A stretch of 57,109 nt of DNA, the filler included, from Platydemus manokwari (taxonomy: Eukaryota): NCBI GenBank assembly GCA_037951405.1. It is 4 parts of 4 records of this genome, joined end to end, with 100 filler letters (N's around TTAATTAATTAA, not from the genome) between each part and the next. Parts side by side here need not be neighbours in the genome. Positions count along the whole stretch, not along the records: positions 32,303 to 45,365 come from JBBMOY011859166.1; positions 45,466 to 57,109 come from JBBMOY010551107.1; 2 more parts are not named here. One strand, given 5' to 3'. The stretch's first letter is position 1. The number at the start of each line of letters is the position of its first letter. The position numbers and the translations under genes were made by a program. Of the stretch, positions 38,569-51,650 are shown one piece after another. The notes beneath the pieces are model-generated. The model ran no database searches. It saw only the letters and a program-made list of their open reading frames with translations, and was not told where the DNA came from.

Positions 38569-41539
38569 TATCTATCAATAAAAAATGATTTAAATAAAAA
38601 TATTTATTATAAAATTGAATAATCAATAAAACTATAACGGAACACACCATTTTGAACTCAAATGTATTTATACTGAATTATCAAACTTTGTAAGGAGTAT
38701 TATATTTGCCTAAAATTAATTTGATTGGCTAGAACTAGGTCGTGGTCATTACATAATTTAATTACTTTAACTAAACAAAATTAAATTTTTTAATGTTTTA
38801 TTTATCAATAATTCTTTTATTAGTAACTTTTTTTGCATTTTAAACTTCTTACTTAAATTAATAATATACAAAAACTAATTTTAATAATTTTTAAAATATT
38901 TAATATCGAAAAATTAATTCAATTTCAGACGAAATGATTTCCAAATACAAAAATATAGTCATTTGACTTCAATGTTCATAAATAGCTGATTGGAATAATT
39001 CAGACAATCGATTATTCACCTTATCAGGTCAAATATTTGAAATTACACACATCTATACTTCAATAAAAATGGCCAATGACAACTGCCAGACATTCTCTTA
39101 CTGTCTGATTCCGACATTGAATGTACATTGAATGCAATCGAATCGACATGTATGATTATAGGTGTGCACAAATAACGCACATTAGATTTATAGTTCCACA
39201 TCTCTAATAAGATTGGTTATTATTCTAGCTATGATTGTCTTATATTAAGGACAACAGTTGGAGCTTTGTCTTCAAAACGTCAATCACCACAAATTAGTCC
39301 TAATTTTTTTCAAATTCAATATTAGTAAGTTATAATTTTTATAGCAATTTATCGATCAGTTACAATTTCCCTGAGACCTTCGACTGTGTTTGTCACAATG
39401 TTTTAACAGAACTTACACAGTCATTGATCGTAGGGATAAAGTAGCCGATAATACTTTGTATTGATTTACATGATTATTGATTCTAAACTTTTTAGGATTA
39501 AAAATATTATTGCCATAAAATTATTGTCACTCTCTAGATTGAATTTTGCAATACTAATGGAATAGTTGAAAAGTTATTTTCTGTAAATTAATATGGATAG
39601 ATCAGATTGCTTTGGATATTCAAACAAGTCTAATTTTTGTTTTATGTCGATAATTTCATAAAAGAAAATCAAATTGTATGATATTCAGAATGTCATTATT
39701 GTTGTTTCCATATGGTATTTAGTTATTTTTTATAATAATATTTTTTTAATATCATATGCAGTTGTTTACAACTTGCAAAGTTCTTTATTGAAATCAACTG
39801 AATGTTTTTCTTATATTTTCTTTGTGATAAAGATTTTATTTTGTATATTTATCTTCACTGTTATAAACATTATCAAATTTTACCTTCAGAGGTTGTGAAA
39901 TTTTTTTGTAATTTGTACAACAAGCATACATCAATGTAATAAAATTATTAACGGTTAGCAATGCAAATCAATGAAAAATTCAACGAAATGACCAAGTGGC
40001 AGATTTTGTTTCCGTAGACGATTTCAAGTTTGACAATTATGTCTAGATTGAATCTATGAAACGATTCGAACGAAGTGATAATCATTGTATAAATATTCAG
40101 TAATATACACGATTGTACCATAAATAATGAATTCTTTTCATAATTATATGGGTTCTGCTAATTTAAACATAGGTCACCATGATTGATTTCAATAATAATT
40201 TTCTACTTTTCATCCGATTTTTGCTTCCATTTGTCTCTTTAATTAAATAATTGACTTGTAATGAAAGGATTATTTATGTTATGGTATGGTGAAGTAACTA
40301 TCTTTTGTTTATATAGTATTTGTCATGATTTTATTAATGTTGTAATCATTATTTATTTTAGTATTCTACGGTTTTGTTCTTATTAAAAAGTTTCTACTTA
40401 ATATAAAGGTCTGAAAAAATATCCAAGTTGATGAACAGCGTAAATCATGGAATTATTTCTTTCAGATTTCAATTTTTTATGAATGCAAGACATTGTTTCA
40501 TCAATGAATTCGGTAAATGGTACATTCGGATTCTATCACTGGTTTCTTATATGTGATTTTTTAAAAATGTGGATAAAGAAAATTGTAATGCAAATAGGAT
40601 CGTTTGAAGAAAATACTCACCAGATTTTGAAAAGAAATACATTTCTTGAAAATTTGACTTCATATTTTATATCATTTATTTGGATGGAGTTTTCAATTGT
40701 TATGCAAGGAGGATATTGTTTAAATACTTTTGAACTCTGCTACGAATTCTGAAAATCTGAAACTTCAGTAATCGATATTATGTGTTTCCATGGTTATCAT
40801 TTTGCTAAGTCTAAATTTATAAGTTTCTCAAATGTGTTTAATATGAAATAGATAATATCGAGTATTTTTAAAATGAAGATGGTCATTTTTTATGGAATTG
40901 AATTAATAAATGATGTTTTTATTAATTTAAAAATATGGTGTTTATTCGAAATATCTTTTTGGTAGAAGTTAGATGTAGTTTTCTTCTGTCACATGACGAC
41001 ATCACGGAAGTTCTTTAAGTAATTGTTGTTATTTATATTCTCAACTAAGAAAATTGATTCTTGAACGCTTTCTCTGGATAATTATTTTGAAATGTAACGA
41101 TTAATTAAAGATTTTATTCAACCACTTATCTGCTTTATGTTTGTTCAAATGATCTGAAAACTTATAACAAACCAGATCATCTTATCAAGAAATTATGATA
41201 GCTCTAAAATGATTTACTGGCGCTTTATCGTGCATAATTGTAATCTACGATCTGGATTGACCTCCAAAATATCATGTAACAGTCTTTAGTGATATGGTTT
41301 CAAATTCTAGCATAACGATCTGGTCAGTTATGAATACCTTCTAAGGTGCCCGACGTGTGTGGATTTTTAAATTTTGATAAATCTTACAGAAATCGATTAA
41401 TTAACCATAGAGCTCGTTTATTAAAATTTATTTATATATAAGGGTAATTATAATTAATATTGATAGAGAGATGTGGTATGATTTTCATCTTTCTTTATCG
41501 ATATGAATAACATTTTCAGTGTATGTTTGACAACCACAT

Positions 41540-42250
41540 TCATTTGATATATATGGAATAAAATCTGTGCCAATGGTCACAGTATTTATTAAAATACATC
41601 ACGTTTTGAAAATTATTTATTAAGATTATTTAAAACACTTGAAGCGTGATGAATTTTCCAAAATTGAAGAAATGTATTTCGAGCATTTATTATATCGAAT
41701 GAAAATGACAGTATTGGTGAACTGTAAATGATTGATATAATCTATTAGATCTTTGAAGGGGTTACTTTCAATCAATGGCAATGGAAGTAAGTAGTAGTTA
41801 TGTTTTCATATATTCCAAATATGGGTATTATTAGAGATATGTCTTGATCTTATTATTACTGCCTCCGAATACTTGTTGTGTAAATTATATAATATAAAGC
41901 TTTGGCAGCATGTAATTTTTTTCAATTTTTTTTAGATTTTTCTTTTTATTTAATTAACTTTATTTCATAATATACAAACAAAAACATTTAGCAATTAAAA
42001 TAATTATGTAGTCACTAAGAACAAATATTTATTAAGAGGAGGTCAAATAAAACTTTCATTTTTATTTGTTTCAATCAGGATATTGAATTGTGGATAATGA
42101 GAAATTGTTGAAAGCATTTATCTGATTCCATAATAGAAATGTGGATGGAAATAAGAACACAAGAAAATTATGAAACGCTTGAGACTATATATGAAAACAA
42201 TTTATTAATTTGGCGACGATACCGTTTTCGACAACGACATCCCAAATCAG
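41540..42250 (+). pseudogene. possible Penelope-like (PLE) reverse transcriptase remnant
   Basis: Collinear scraps FEGVTFNQ / MAME (compare F.G..Y.Q..G.AMGS) near 41750-41790 and LIWRRY (compare W.RYVDD) near 42205-42225. Very degraded. Confidence 0.3.
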
Positions 42251-45200
42251 TGAATGACTGCATAATGAAATGAAGTGAGTCATTAAAAATGCTAAAGGTC
42301 TGACAGAAATCAAAGACGCCCGATCTTATTACATATAATTACAAGGGAATCTTTTATTGAAGCATTAAATATAAAAATGATGACGTAAAAAATCTTAACG
42401 AAGAGCACAGTAAATTCGTATTGATACAAAGTTACGCATAATGTTCAGATATTCACCATTTTGTCAATATCTAATCAGATAAATGATAAAATTGAGAGTT
42501 TTCTAATTCCTTAAACAAATATCAATAACAGAGCTTCAAATAAATAGGAGTTTATATTTGTTTTTCATTCATTTGGTAAGCATGATTGATTTTATAGAAT
42601 TTTAAGGCATACAAGTTCAGTTAATAAGTGATCTATTTGATGTACAAGTAGTAATAAAAAAAATCAATTTATTAAAACATGTAGAATGCATTTCATTTTC
42701 TTTATAATTTAATGTCAAATTTAACTGTAGTATTTATCGACTAATATCTAGGAACGTGTTGGTAAATGAATATTGTACGAAATGCTACTAAATTGCTTAT
42801 AAATTTCAACGATGTCAAATATTTATCATAACAATTTATTGACTGAGGCAAATATTTTGTTTCTAATCATGTGTTTTATCTTTATTTCAGTGTTTCATTT
42901 CAAATTGTCTACCATTGATATTTTATGCCATGTGAGAGTTTCGGTAGAAATTTTGTGATTTTGATTTACAATGTTTACCAAATGACAATCAAGAACTTAT
43001 CGTGTTCTAAGTTTGAAATCAAACACAAAAATTTTTTTGTAAACATAATAAATTAAATTAGTTGAAGTATAATTTTGAAATAACAAAATGAATTTTTTAA
43101 TCGTTACTGCTTAATTAATAAAATAATCATTGTTTATTGATATCCTAAAATTAATAAATTATTTTACAGTTCCCATTTATATTGGTTATTAATTAACTGA
43201 TGATGATAAATAATATTCCATAACAAGCAATGATTTTGAAAATTTTATTTGCAGTTACATTTTCAAAAATCACGTTAGTCATAATATCCTTTTATTTAAA
43301 CGATGATATTTAATTATTAAGAATGAAGGATTGATATCTATGTATCAACGGATGACGAACCATTTGTATATAGATAAGCCACAGTTAAGAAATAAGTTTC
43401 TTCTGTAACAGTCGATAGTCATTATTATGAAATTGCCTGGAACTCAAGTTATTAATCGATAAATAAATTAGAAATAGCAGATTGTTGACACGTAGCGATT
43501 GTATGCAATAGCATTGGGAATGTGTTTACTCGTGGTGCTATCAATGTGCCTTGTTTCGTAAGTTAATGTGAGAGATTTTTAATTTCTAGGTTGGTATTTA
43601 TATTAATTTTTATGGATGTTTCTTTGTCTGTATTTCTGTGCATTAAAAAACATTTTACTGCATGTTATCTATATTTCATTTGTTCTTTCAGAGCTAAGGT
43701 TCCTCCAATTATTCGTGCTTTATAATTTATTCTATACTTAAGCAAAGGTTGCTTTGTACCTGTTCTGATTTGATCTGATTTTAAAGCTTTTAAGTTTTCG
43801 TTGAGTGTTTATTTTTCTTCAGACAAGGTTTTGTTATCTTTATCTTACTCTGTGTGAAACATTGTCTGACTTCTACTGTTTAATTGAGTCACTTAGTCTT
43901 TTGTACAAGTATTTGCTTAATTTTGATTTTCTGATTTTTCGTTTTACAATTTATTGATTTTATATTTTTAGTTACAATGTACGTGCATCTTTCATTAGCA
44001 ATATCTGCAATGTTGGTTTTAATTTGTAGATACTTTTGTTGTTAAGTTCATTCAGAATCGTTGAAATAATAAATACCAAAACGGATAAGTTAATAATAAT
44101 AATAATAGATAATAATAAAATTTTTCCAAATAATTTTGAGCCGATATATCAGAATCCTATTTTTTCTCGTTCAAAAATTGTAAGTAGTGACTAGGTTTAC
44201 TCATGTGTATACTATTTGAAGTATTCTCCATGCGTATGTGTTTCATGCATCAAGCCGCTAATATCATGTTACTATTTATGATGTCTCTAATATCTTAGTT
44301 ACAATTTTTAGTTAGCATAGTTATTTGTAGTAAGTTTTGTTGTTTTATTTTTTAACCCAACTTCTATTTTTATATTCTATTTGGATCTTGCCATGATCTA
44401 AGTAAAAATAATATGTACATTTTTTATTGAAAATTTTAATTTTGTTTTTATTTTATTTCAATTTTTTTATATTCTTGTTTGTGATTATTTAGCTATTTGG
44501 ATGGCTCGGTTGACTCCAATGGTTCCCCACAATGCTAAATGTCGTTATCGATCTTTTACATTTGGCTTATAAGTGCAATTTTATTTCTGGTATCTTCTGT
44601 ACTTTTGATATTCATTCAAAATCACATCAGTCATAATATTTATATATATGAAAGTATTAAATGTAATTCTTTTGCAAAATTGAATTGTTATTCCGTTTTA
44701 TTTATTAATTATCTTTGAATCATGATAAAATCGAAAATATTTTCTAAACTATTTACACAAAGCTTTTAAAAATAGAGCTGCAAAACTAGTTCAAATATAA
44801 CATTTAGGTATTTCTTACTTTATTGAGTTTAAAATTTTTATAACTTTCAAAATTATTTTTTTAAGAATAAATAAATAATAAAAAAGAAAAAATTAAATAA
44901 AATATGCCAGCTATGCAAGAATTATAAATTTTGAACGATGGTGTACGATATGGGTTTTACCAAAATACATAATCTATGAACTGACTGATGAAAATTAATT
45001 GAGTTAATGTATCTTTATTTTAAGCTATACTTTGACTTTCTTATTTCTGTACAGTAATCATTATTTTATTCTGTTTCGAGGTAATGATAATGATTTCGAT
45101 ATTTACTGAATTTTGATTATTCTTAATGATCGAACAAAGTATCTGATAAAGTAATAAGAAAAATTTGAATAGAAAATAAATTAAATATTTTAAAATTTTT

Positions 45201-45365
45201 AACATTTTCAGGTATAATATAATCTCTTTTTTATTTATTTATGAAACTAAAGTTCTCTTAATAGTTTCATTTAATAATAATGTGTTGATTATTCAATTAA
45301 AAAAACGTTGCGAAATTGTGAAGTTATTATAAATTATAGATACCATATTATGAGAAATGAAAAAG

Positions 45366-45465
45366 NNNNNNNNNNNNNNNNNNNNNNNNNNNNNNNNNNN
45401 NNNNNNNNNTTAATTAATTAANNNNNNNNNNNNNNNNNNNNNNNNNNNNNNNNNNNNNNNNNNNN
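45366..45465. other. artificial assembly spacer (44 N + TTAATTAATTAA + 44 N)
   Basis: Linker at 45410-45421. Confidence 0.97.
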
Positions 45466-47000
45466 TATATTTTTAAAGTACATCCTTTACAAACACATAT
45501 TCGCTTATTTTCCACATTATTTAAAATTAAAATGAACACACATTTTGATTTTTAAATTTATAAAAAATTACTTTTAAAATAATTTTTATATAAAATAATT
45601 TTTATCAATTTTATATATTTTTTTAACAAATTGAGAGATTACAGTAATGTTTAGAGCAATAAATACCATTTTATAAATATAAATATTAAATATTAATAAC
45701 ATAATCATTTAAAAATATTTTTTCATTATTAATCTTAATATTTTTTGAATTTTAAAGCTCACAATAAATAATTGCGAAATGAGAATATTTATTTTGGGTT
45801 GAGGTTTCCATGGAAATACCGTCCCGAAACAAATATGAATGTTGTGGTTCAATCGAGAGATTGATCACTGCATCGAGACTTATAATATAAGATAAGAAGA
45901 TGAGTTATTTCTGAAAGTCTTCATCTTGAAACTGGTGCGGTTGTAAGATAATAAAATAATATATTGTATTGGTATAGCGCATCTACTGTATCTGCTTTTG
46001 TTAAGTAAAGTAGACTTATTTGGTATGGGGTATTGTTATTAAGTCAGAATTATTTTCTAAGTTTGTTATTCAGTAAAATTAGCGGGTTCAATCCATATTT
46101 ATAACTCTTATAATCAAAAATCGTAATTGGATTTGTATCCAATCTGATGTGCACAAAGTATAATAATAATAATAATAAACGTTTACATATAAAATGTTTT
46201 TGTATAACATTAGTGTGCACCTGTTTGAAAACTGAATGTGCCAGATACGAAATAAGTCTAAATTAATTGTATTTCCACATTAGTAAGCCAATCACTGTGA
46301 ATTAAATCGGTTAATTTCATAATTTCATCGAATTAAAACAAAATAATAATCGAAAATTATGATAAAGGTTTCTGAAAACAAAATGAATAAAATTCGATAT
46401 TAGTGACTCAAAATGCTTCAGAATATAATCCAGAAAATTGATATAAAATATTACCACCAAAAATACTAATGGATGTAGTGGCACTTTATATAGCTGATCA
46501 GTCTAACTGGAGTGACGATTCTATATTTAATAATTGTAGGCGGTTCTGTATATCAATTCAGAAACACGTACAAAATAATCTCTGAATTACACTCTTGAGT
46601 ATTGGATTAATAGATTTATTATTGGCTAATTTGTTTTAAACAACTATCACAAAGAAATTTTATTTATTTAAAATGCTGAATCAAAAACCGAGAATACAGA
46701 TGGATGCCATTATATGTCTAATAAGTATATTTGTTATTGATATTTTTATTGTTATAATAATAATAATTATTATTATAACTATTGTTATTATTATTTAATC
46801 CTTAAAAACCTAGAAGAGTCGAATTCATTTAATCGAATTATTTTACGTTTAAAAATGTGGGCATGATTTAAAATCGTAATAGTATTTGGAATCGAATTCT
46901 TTAAATTATTCTTACTAAAATTTTTAAAATATTAAATATAAATGGTTTATTTTGTTTAAATAATGCCTTTTAATCTTAATTATTGATTGTTATTATTACA

Positions 47001-47693
47001 ATGAATAATTTGAAGTGCACTCTATGCTTCAAACCTTTGCACTCATTTCTGTTAACATTTGACGATTCTGATATAATTATTTGTTTTAATTGTATATCGA
47101 TATCATTAAAACAATACACAAAGAAACAATTCCAATCAATACAACTTCTCGATAATGATCTCAACGTCATAAAATCTTTTACCAAATCAGATCTTCTTTC
47201 AAAGAATGTCAGAGAATTGATATTCCTTGAAATCGTCCATATTTTTCAAAGTCATCTGAAAAATGATTGGAAGATTCTCCATGAATTAGAATCGAATGTG
47301 AAAGATATTCTCCGCGAAACATTTATCGATGAAGAAAATTTTATCAAAGCAGAATCACTTTTATCACAAAACGATTTTCGTTTATCTAATGATGAAATCA
47401 ATGCCATATTGAGTGATATCAGTGCAAATATATCTCAATTGCAAATCAGATTGGAAATTGATTTATCAAGGATCGAATCATTGCATTTTCAGACCAGAGA
47501 ATCAATAAGTGAAATTCTCTTCAACGAAAGTATGGAAAAAGGAGAATTTAGCGAAATGATTAAGGCGGTTTATTTAGGTCGAGATTATTTAATGGATAGA
47601 ATATCAGAAACGATAGAGATCATGAAATTGATCAAAAAGCAGCACAGCGATCTCATTAATCGATGCAACGAAATATTAGAATGCCGCTTATAA
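47001..47693 (+). CDS. uncharacterised intronless 230-aa protein: N-terminal C-x2-C-x18-C-x2-C, helical/coiled-coil body, C-terminal CRL
   Basis: ATG at 47001 and 230 stop-free codons in very AT-rich DNA, where chance ORFs are much shorter. N-terminus CTLC-x18-CFNC. AATAAA at 47828-47833. I recognise no family. Confidence 0.65.
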   Translation: MNNLKCTLCFKPLHSFLLTFDDSDIIICFNCISISLKQYTKKQFQSIQLLDNDLNVIKSFTKSDLLSKNVRELIFLEIVHIFQSHLKNDWKILHELESNVKDILRETFIDEENFIKAESLLSQNDFRLSNDEINAILSDISANISQLQIRLEIDLSRIESLHFQTRESISEILFNESMEKGEFSEMIKAVYLGRDYLMDRISETIEIMKLIKKQHSDLINRCNEILECRL

Positions 47694-47989
47694 TTAATCG
47701 GAAAATTAGAGAATCCTTTAATCCCTGCTTTGTATAGAAATATAATTAATAATTTTATAATTTATTGATTGATAATTGGTGATTAATTAAGGGTTATTTT
47801 GTTTGTTTTAATAATCAATTGATTTCCAATAAATCTCAAATAATCTTTAACAAGGAAAACATCATTTAATTGAAATGATAATGAACCAGACTAATTTCAT
47901 TGAGATTAAGTTTTTTGTTTGGCTCAACAATAATATGGGGTTGGGTTTTGTATTTTCAAACACTTTATTGATTATTTTTAAAAATGAAT

Positions 47990-48090
47990 TATTATTATTA
48001 ATATTATTATTATTTTTATATTTATAATAGTTATAATAATAATTATTATTGTTACTGCTATTATTATTCTTCTTCTTATCATTATTATGA
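47990..48090. repeat. imperfect (TTA)n/(AAT)n microsatellite tract
   Basis: Runs such as TTATTATTATTA and TAATAATAAT produce the poly-Asn minus-strand ORF 47862-48203. Confidence 0.7.
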
Positions 48091-48129
48091 CAATTAATAT
48101 GATAAAATGAAACTATTAATTGATAACTT

Positions 48130-48470
48130 ATTGAACCTCTCCAGCCCAACGGTTTAAATCTGCCTCTAATTAATCTGAAAGCTACTCTAACTCCGGTATT
48201 CACTGAGCAAAAATAAATACTTCTTGTAAATAAGATGTATTTTTATTACAATTAATACCTATTATAACTCACATCAGTCACAGTCCTGACTAACAAAATC
48301 AAGTTAATAAAATTAGGACCGAGTTCCGTCACAACTTCTACCTAGCTTATGATCTACTGCTGGTTAATATTGAAATTCGACACTATACAATTACTAGCTA
48401 GCACTCCTCTGAAACAATACATTGTACTTCCTTACAACTACACTCGCTAAAGGGCTAATATTTATGTCGC
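48130..48470. repeat. diverged dispersed repeat related to 55233-55657 (probable solo-LTR family)
   Basis: Collinear shared blocks: CTACTCTAACTCCGGTATTCACTG vs CTACTCTAATTCCGATGCACACTG; GTTAATAAAATTAGGACCGAGTTCCG vs GTTAATAGAACGAGGACCAAGTCCCG; TTCCTTACAACTACACT vs TTCCGTTACGACTACACT. Confidence 0.55.
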
Positions 48471-50179
48471 TCTTTATATGCTTATTTTACGATACACCTC
48501 CCTTATGTGTGCATCCTGCCGTTCAGACTTATAACGCTATAAACCTACTGTTTAGACATTTTAATTTATGGTGATAATTGCTATTTTCAATTTTAAACCC
48601 TAACTATATTGGCATCTTTTAATTTATTTAACATTAAAAATTATTATTTTATTTTGAATGTCATAAATCATTTTAAGATAAATTTAATTAAATTTATTAT
48701 TAATTTTTTATCATTATTATTTATTATTTTATCATGTTTTACTTTTTACTTTCATTTATTTTACACGTGAATTTATTAAAATTAAACTTTACCAACTCTT
48801 ACTTTTAACAGACGAAAGCGGAATTATAAATAAATTATTCCATCACGTTTTAAAATTATAATTAACGAAAGAAAGATGAACAATCCCAAACTTCTTATTG
48901 AATACTTGAACCCGTCATTAACAAAAGTATACAATAATTAAAAAAAGATTATTTTCGTGAAAAAATAAATTAAATAAAGAATATAATTATCCAAGATTTT
49001 AGTAAATCTTGATATTATATAATTGGTTTAATCACTTTTAAAACCTGCTCGAAATTATCATACACAACAATCAGTAATATAAGTTACAAACAAAAGAAAG
49101 TCATTTTAAAATTGCTATGAAATGTAGAGAAAATATGATTTACAGGAAAATTTCCTTTGAATCTATTATTAAAATTTTTCGAAAATGTTACGGATAGGAT
49201 ATTAGATCCATTGATGATATTTCATGAAAAGAAAGTTGAGATAATATTAGAAGTTAAAAACTTTGAAATTTTCTACACTGGAGTTAATTTTAAATCGAGT
49301 TAGTGAGTTAGATTAATTAGATACTGTGAACATAGTTTTAATTAATTTTTTAAGAGATTAATAAATCTTATATATACTACAAAAGGAAGAAGCCTGACAG
49401 GTAGTTTTTGCAAGAAATATTCCGAGATATCTAGAATTATGATTTGAAAGATTTTTAAATGGAATACACAAGAAGTAATTCAGAATTTGTTCAAAATGTG
49501 GAAGATGCAGAAATGAAATTATTAAAAGCAATTTGATTTGACCTTAAATAACGAAATTTGATCAGGTTAATATGAAAGATATTGTTAAATGGTCATCAAA
49601 TAACTACAGAAATAGAATATATTTGAAATGAAATTGCTAAATATTGATTGTATTTGGAAAGAAAATAATCTTGAGATTCTTTTTAATGGTGGAGGATGTA
49701 TACAATACAAGATGTTAATTAGTTTACTATTTATCAAACTTTACTACTAGTAAATATTCTCTGTTAGCTTCAAACATACAAATTGAAAAAGAATTTAACA
49801 ACTTTTAAAACAAATTATTTTAATTTTTTAAAAAAATTATTTAAATGATAAAAAATTATTTATGAAAACTTAATAATAATCACGATCTTCAAATATAATG
49901 CTTGATTATCGACCAATAAAAGAAATGTATGGGGACCGGTAAAAAATCGTTTTTATCAGTAAGAAAATATCCGAAGATCAAAATTAAAATTTCCTAAATA
50001 AATCTTTCTTAGGTAAATTTTCTGAGGTAGATCATTTACAAGACTGAAAAGTTCAAGATTTAAATTTAACTAAATCAATTAGAGATGGTTATATGATTTA
50101 GCCTAAAAGATGAAGGCAAAGCAATGCGACATACATTTCTTCATTGCAACATTAACAGGAAACAAATTTTCGACGAAAA

Positions 50180-50645
50180 TCCATCGATTTCTTTTGGAGA
50201 GTACAGCAGATGACCAAAGAGTTTGGAGGAGAACAGTGAACGCTTTTTGATCGAAAAGAAAGTTCAGGAAGACCAAGAACGAGCACAGCAGAAGAGAATG
50301 TCATTATTGTGTGTAAAATTATTGAAGAAGATTGCCATTTAAGCTCTCTAGCCATTTCAAGAGTCACTGACATTAAAGAAACTAGCGTTCACTACATATT
50401 GAAACAAGAACTTAGAATGAATTGACTTTGCAGCACATGGGTTTCTCACATTCTGACGGATCATAAGAAGAGAATCAGAGTCACTTGCTGTCAATAAATG
50501 TTGAATGCTTATTCGGAAAGAAAAGCTAAGAAAAGGATCATTGTGACTGATATAAAATGGATTTACCTTCGATTCTAAACTTTCAAACAAGACTACCTGC
50601 TTGGAAAATGGTCATTCAGCATGACAATGCCAGACTTCAGGCAGC
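50180..50645 (+). pseudogene. mariner transposase pseudogene fragment (internally deleted)
   Basis: SSGRPRTSTAEENVIIVCKIIEEDCHLSSLAISRVTDIKETSVHYILKQELRMN*LCSTWVSHILTDHKK (SGRP, HTH and a WVPHEL-like motif), then RIIVTDIKWIY (compare RIVTGDEKW) and IQHDNAR (compare HDNARPH). Confidence 0.85.
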
Positions 50646-51379
50646 AACGTTAATTCATCAAAATACAGATTAGTCACTCCAAGAAAGATATAAAGATAAG
50701 GATAATAACAAACATGAAGACTCTTGATTGTTCAAAACATTCGACTCTTTTTATTGAAGGTGTTGTCTGTGTCAACCTGATGCTTACAGTTGAGGTTTAT
50801 ATTTGATAGAACCAACTGATAAATTGCCTTCTATTTCATATGTCCTTGATTCATTTCGATGTTCGCTACTCTCGGACTTTGCAGACACTTTTTGCATTGT
50901 GTGTCCCTCATATTTTGTTCATTGTTAGCTGTGCGTTGGTTCTGACTTTGTGATTAAATTAAAATTCTCCAAATATCTGTTTTCTATTCGAATATTATTT
51001 TACTCCACAAAGGCGTTGTGAGGTTTATTTCTAAATACAATAAACAAATAAAATTTACATAGGATTAAATTTATTAAAGATATATTAAAAAAAGATTTTT
51101 TCTAAGGATTATATTAAAAGTTAATATATCATATTAATATTTATAAAAGGGTCTTGCTTAAAAATACTGTTAAACTCTCAGTTTTAAAATTATTAAACAT
51201 AAAATTTAAATCTTTTAAAAAAATAAGGTGCAATATGAAAATGATGGCGTTTAATGTGAGGATTAAAAATGAAGACAACTCAGATGGAAATAAATTTAAA
51301 TTTAAAATTTATTTGAAGAATGTTGTATTAGCTAATATATTTTTTGCTCCGTTGTAAAGATGACCTTTTGATTTGAATA

Positions 51380-51650
51380 CCAAGAAAGAAGAAATTTCAT
51401 CAACTAACCGGGGTAACAGCAGATATGGGTCATTTGATATTTCCAGTAACTTCCAACTTTCCTCTCTAATTGTCCCATGTCTGATTAGAATCCTCAGTCC
51501 GAATACAATGGTTTGTCTGGTAAATTCTTCTGAAATATTTCCCAAACGCCAACATTCATTAGCTCCTGTTGCATATAAGTCGTAATTGGAACTGAATTTA
51601 GGTATTTTTTCTAATCGATATGTCCATATCTTCCAATTACATAGCTGCAT
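51380..51650 (-). pseudogene. possible retroelement integrase core remnant
   Basis: TGANECWRL (compare P..PNE.W.MD), then LYSD*G in another frame (compare I.SDQG) and KLLEI (compare LLGI). Weak. Confidence 0.3.

Noticed and set aside
47862-48203. 113-aa Asn/Tyr-rich ORF
   Set aside because: It is a translation of an AAT microsatellite. The Tyr/Phe-rich ORF at 15158-15400 is the same kind of artefact.
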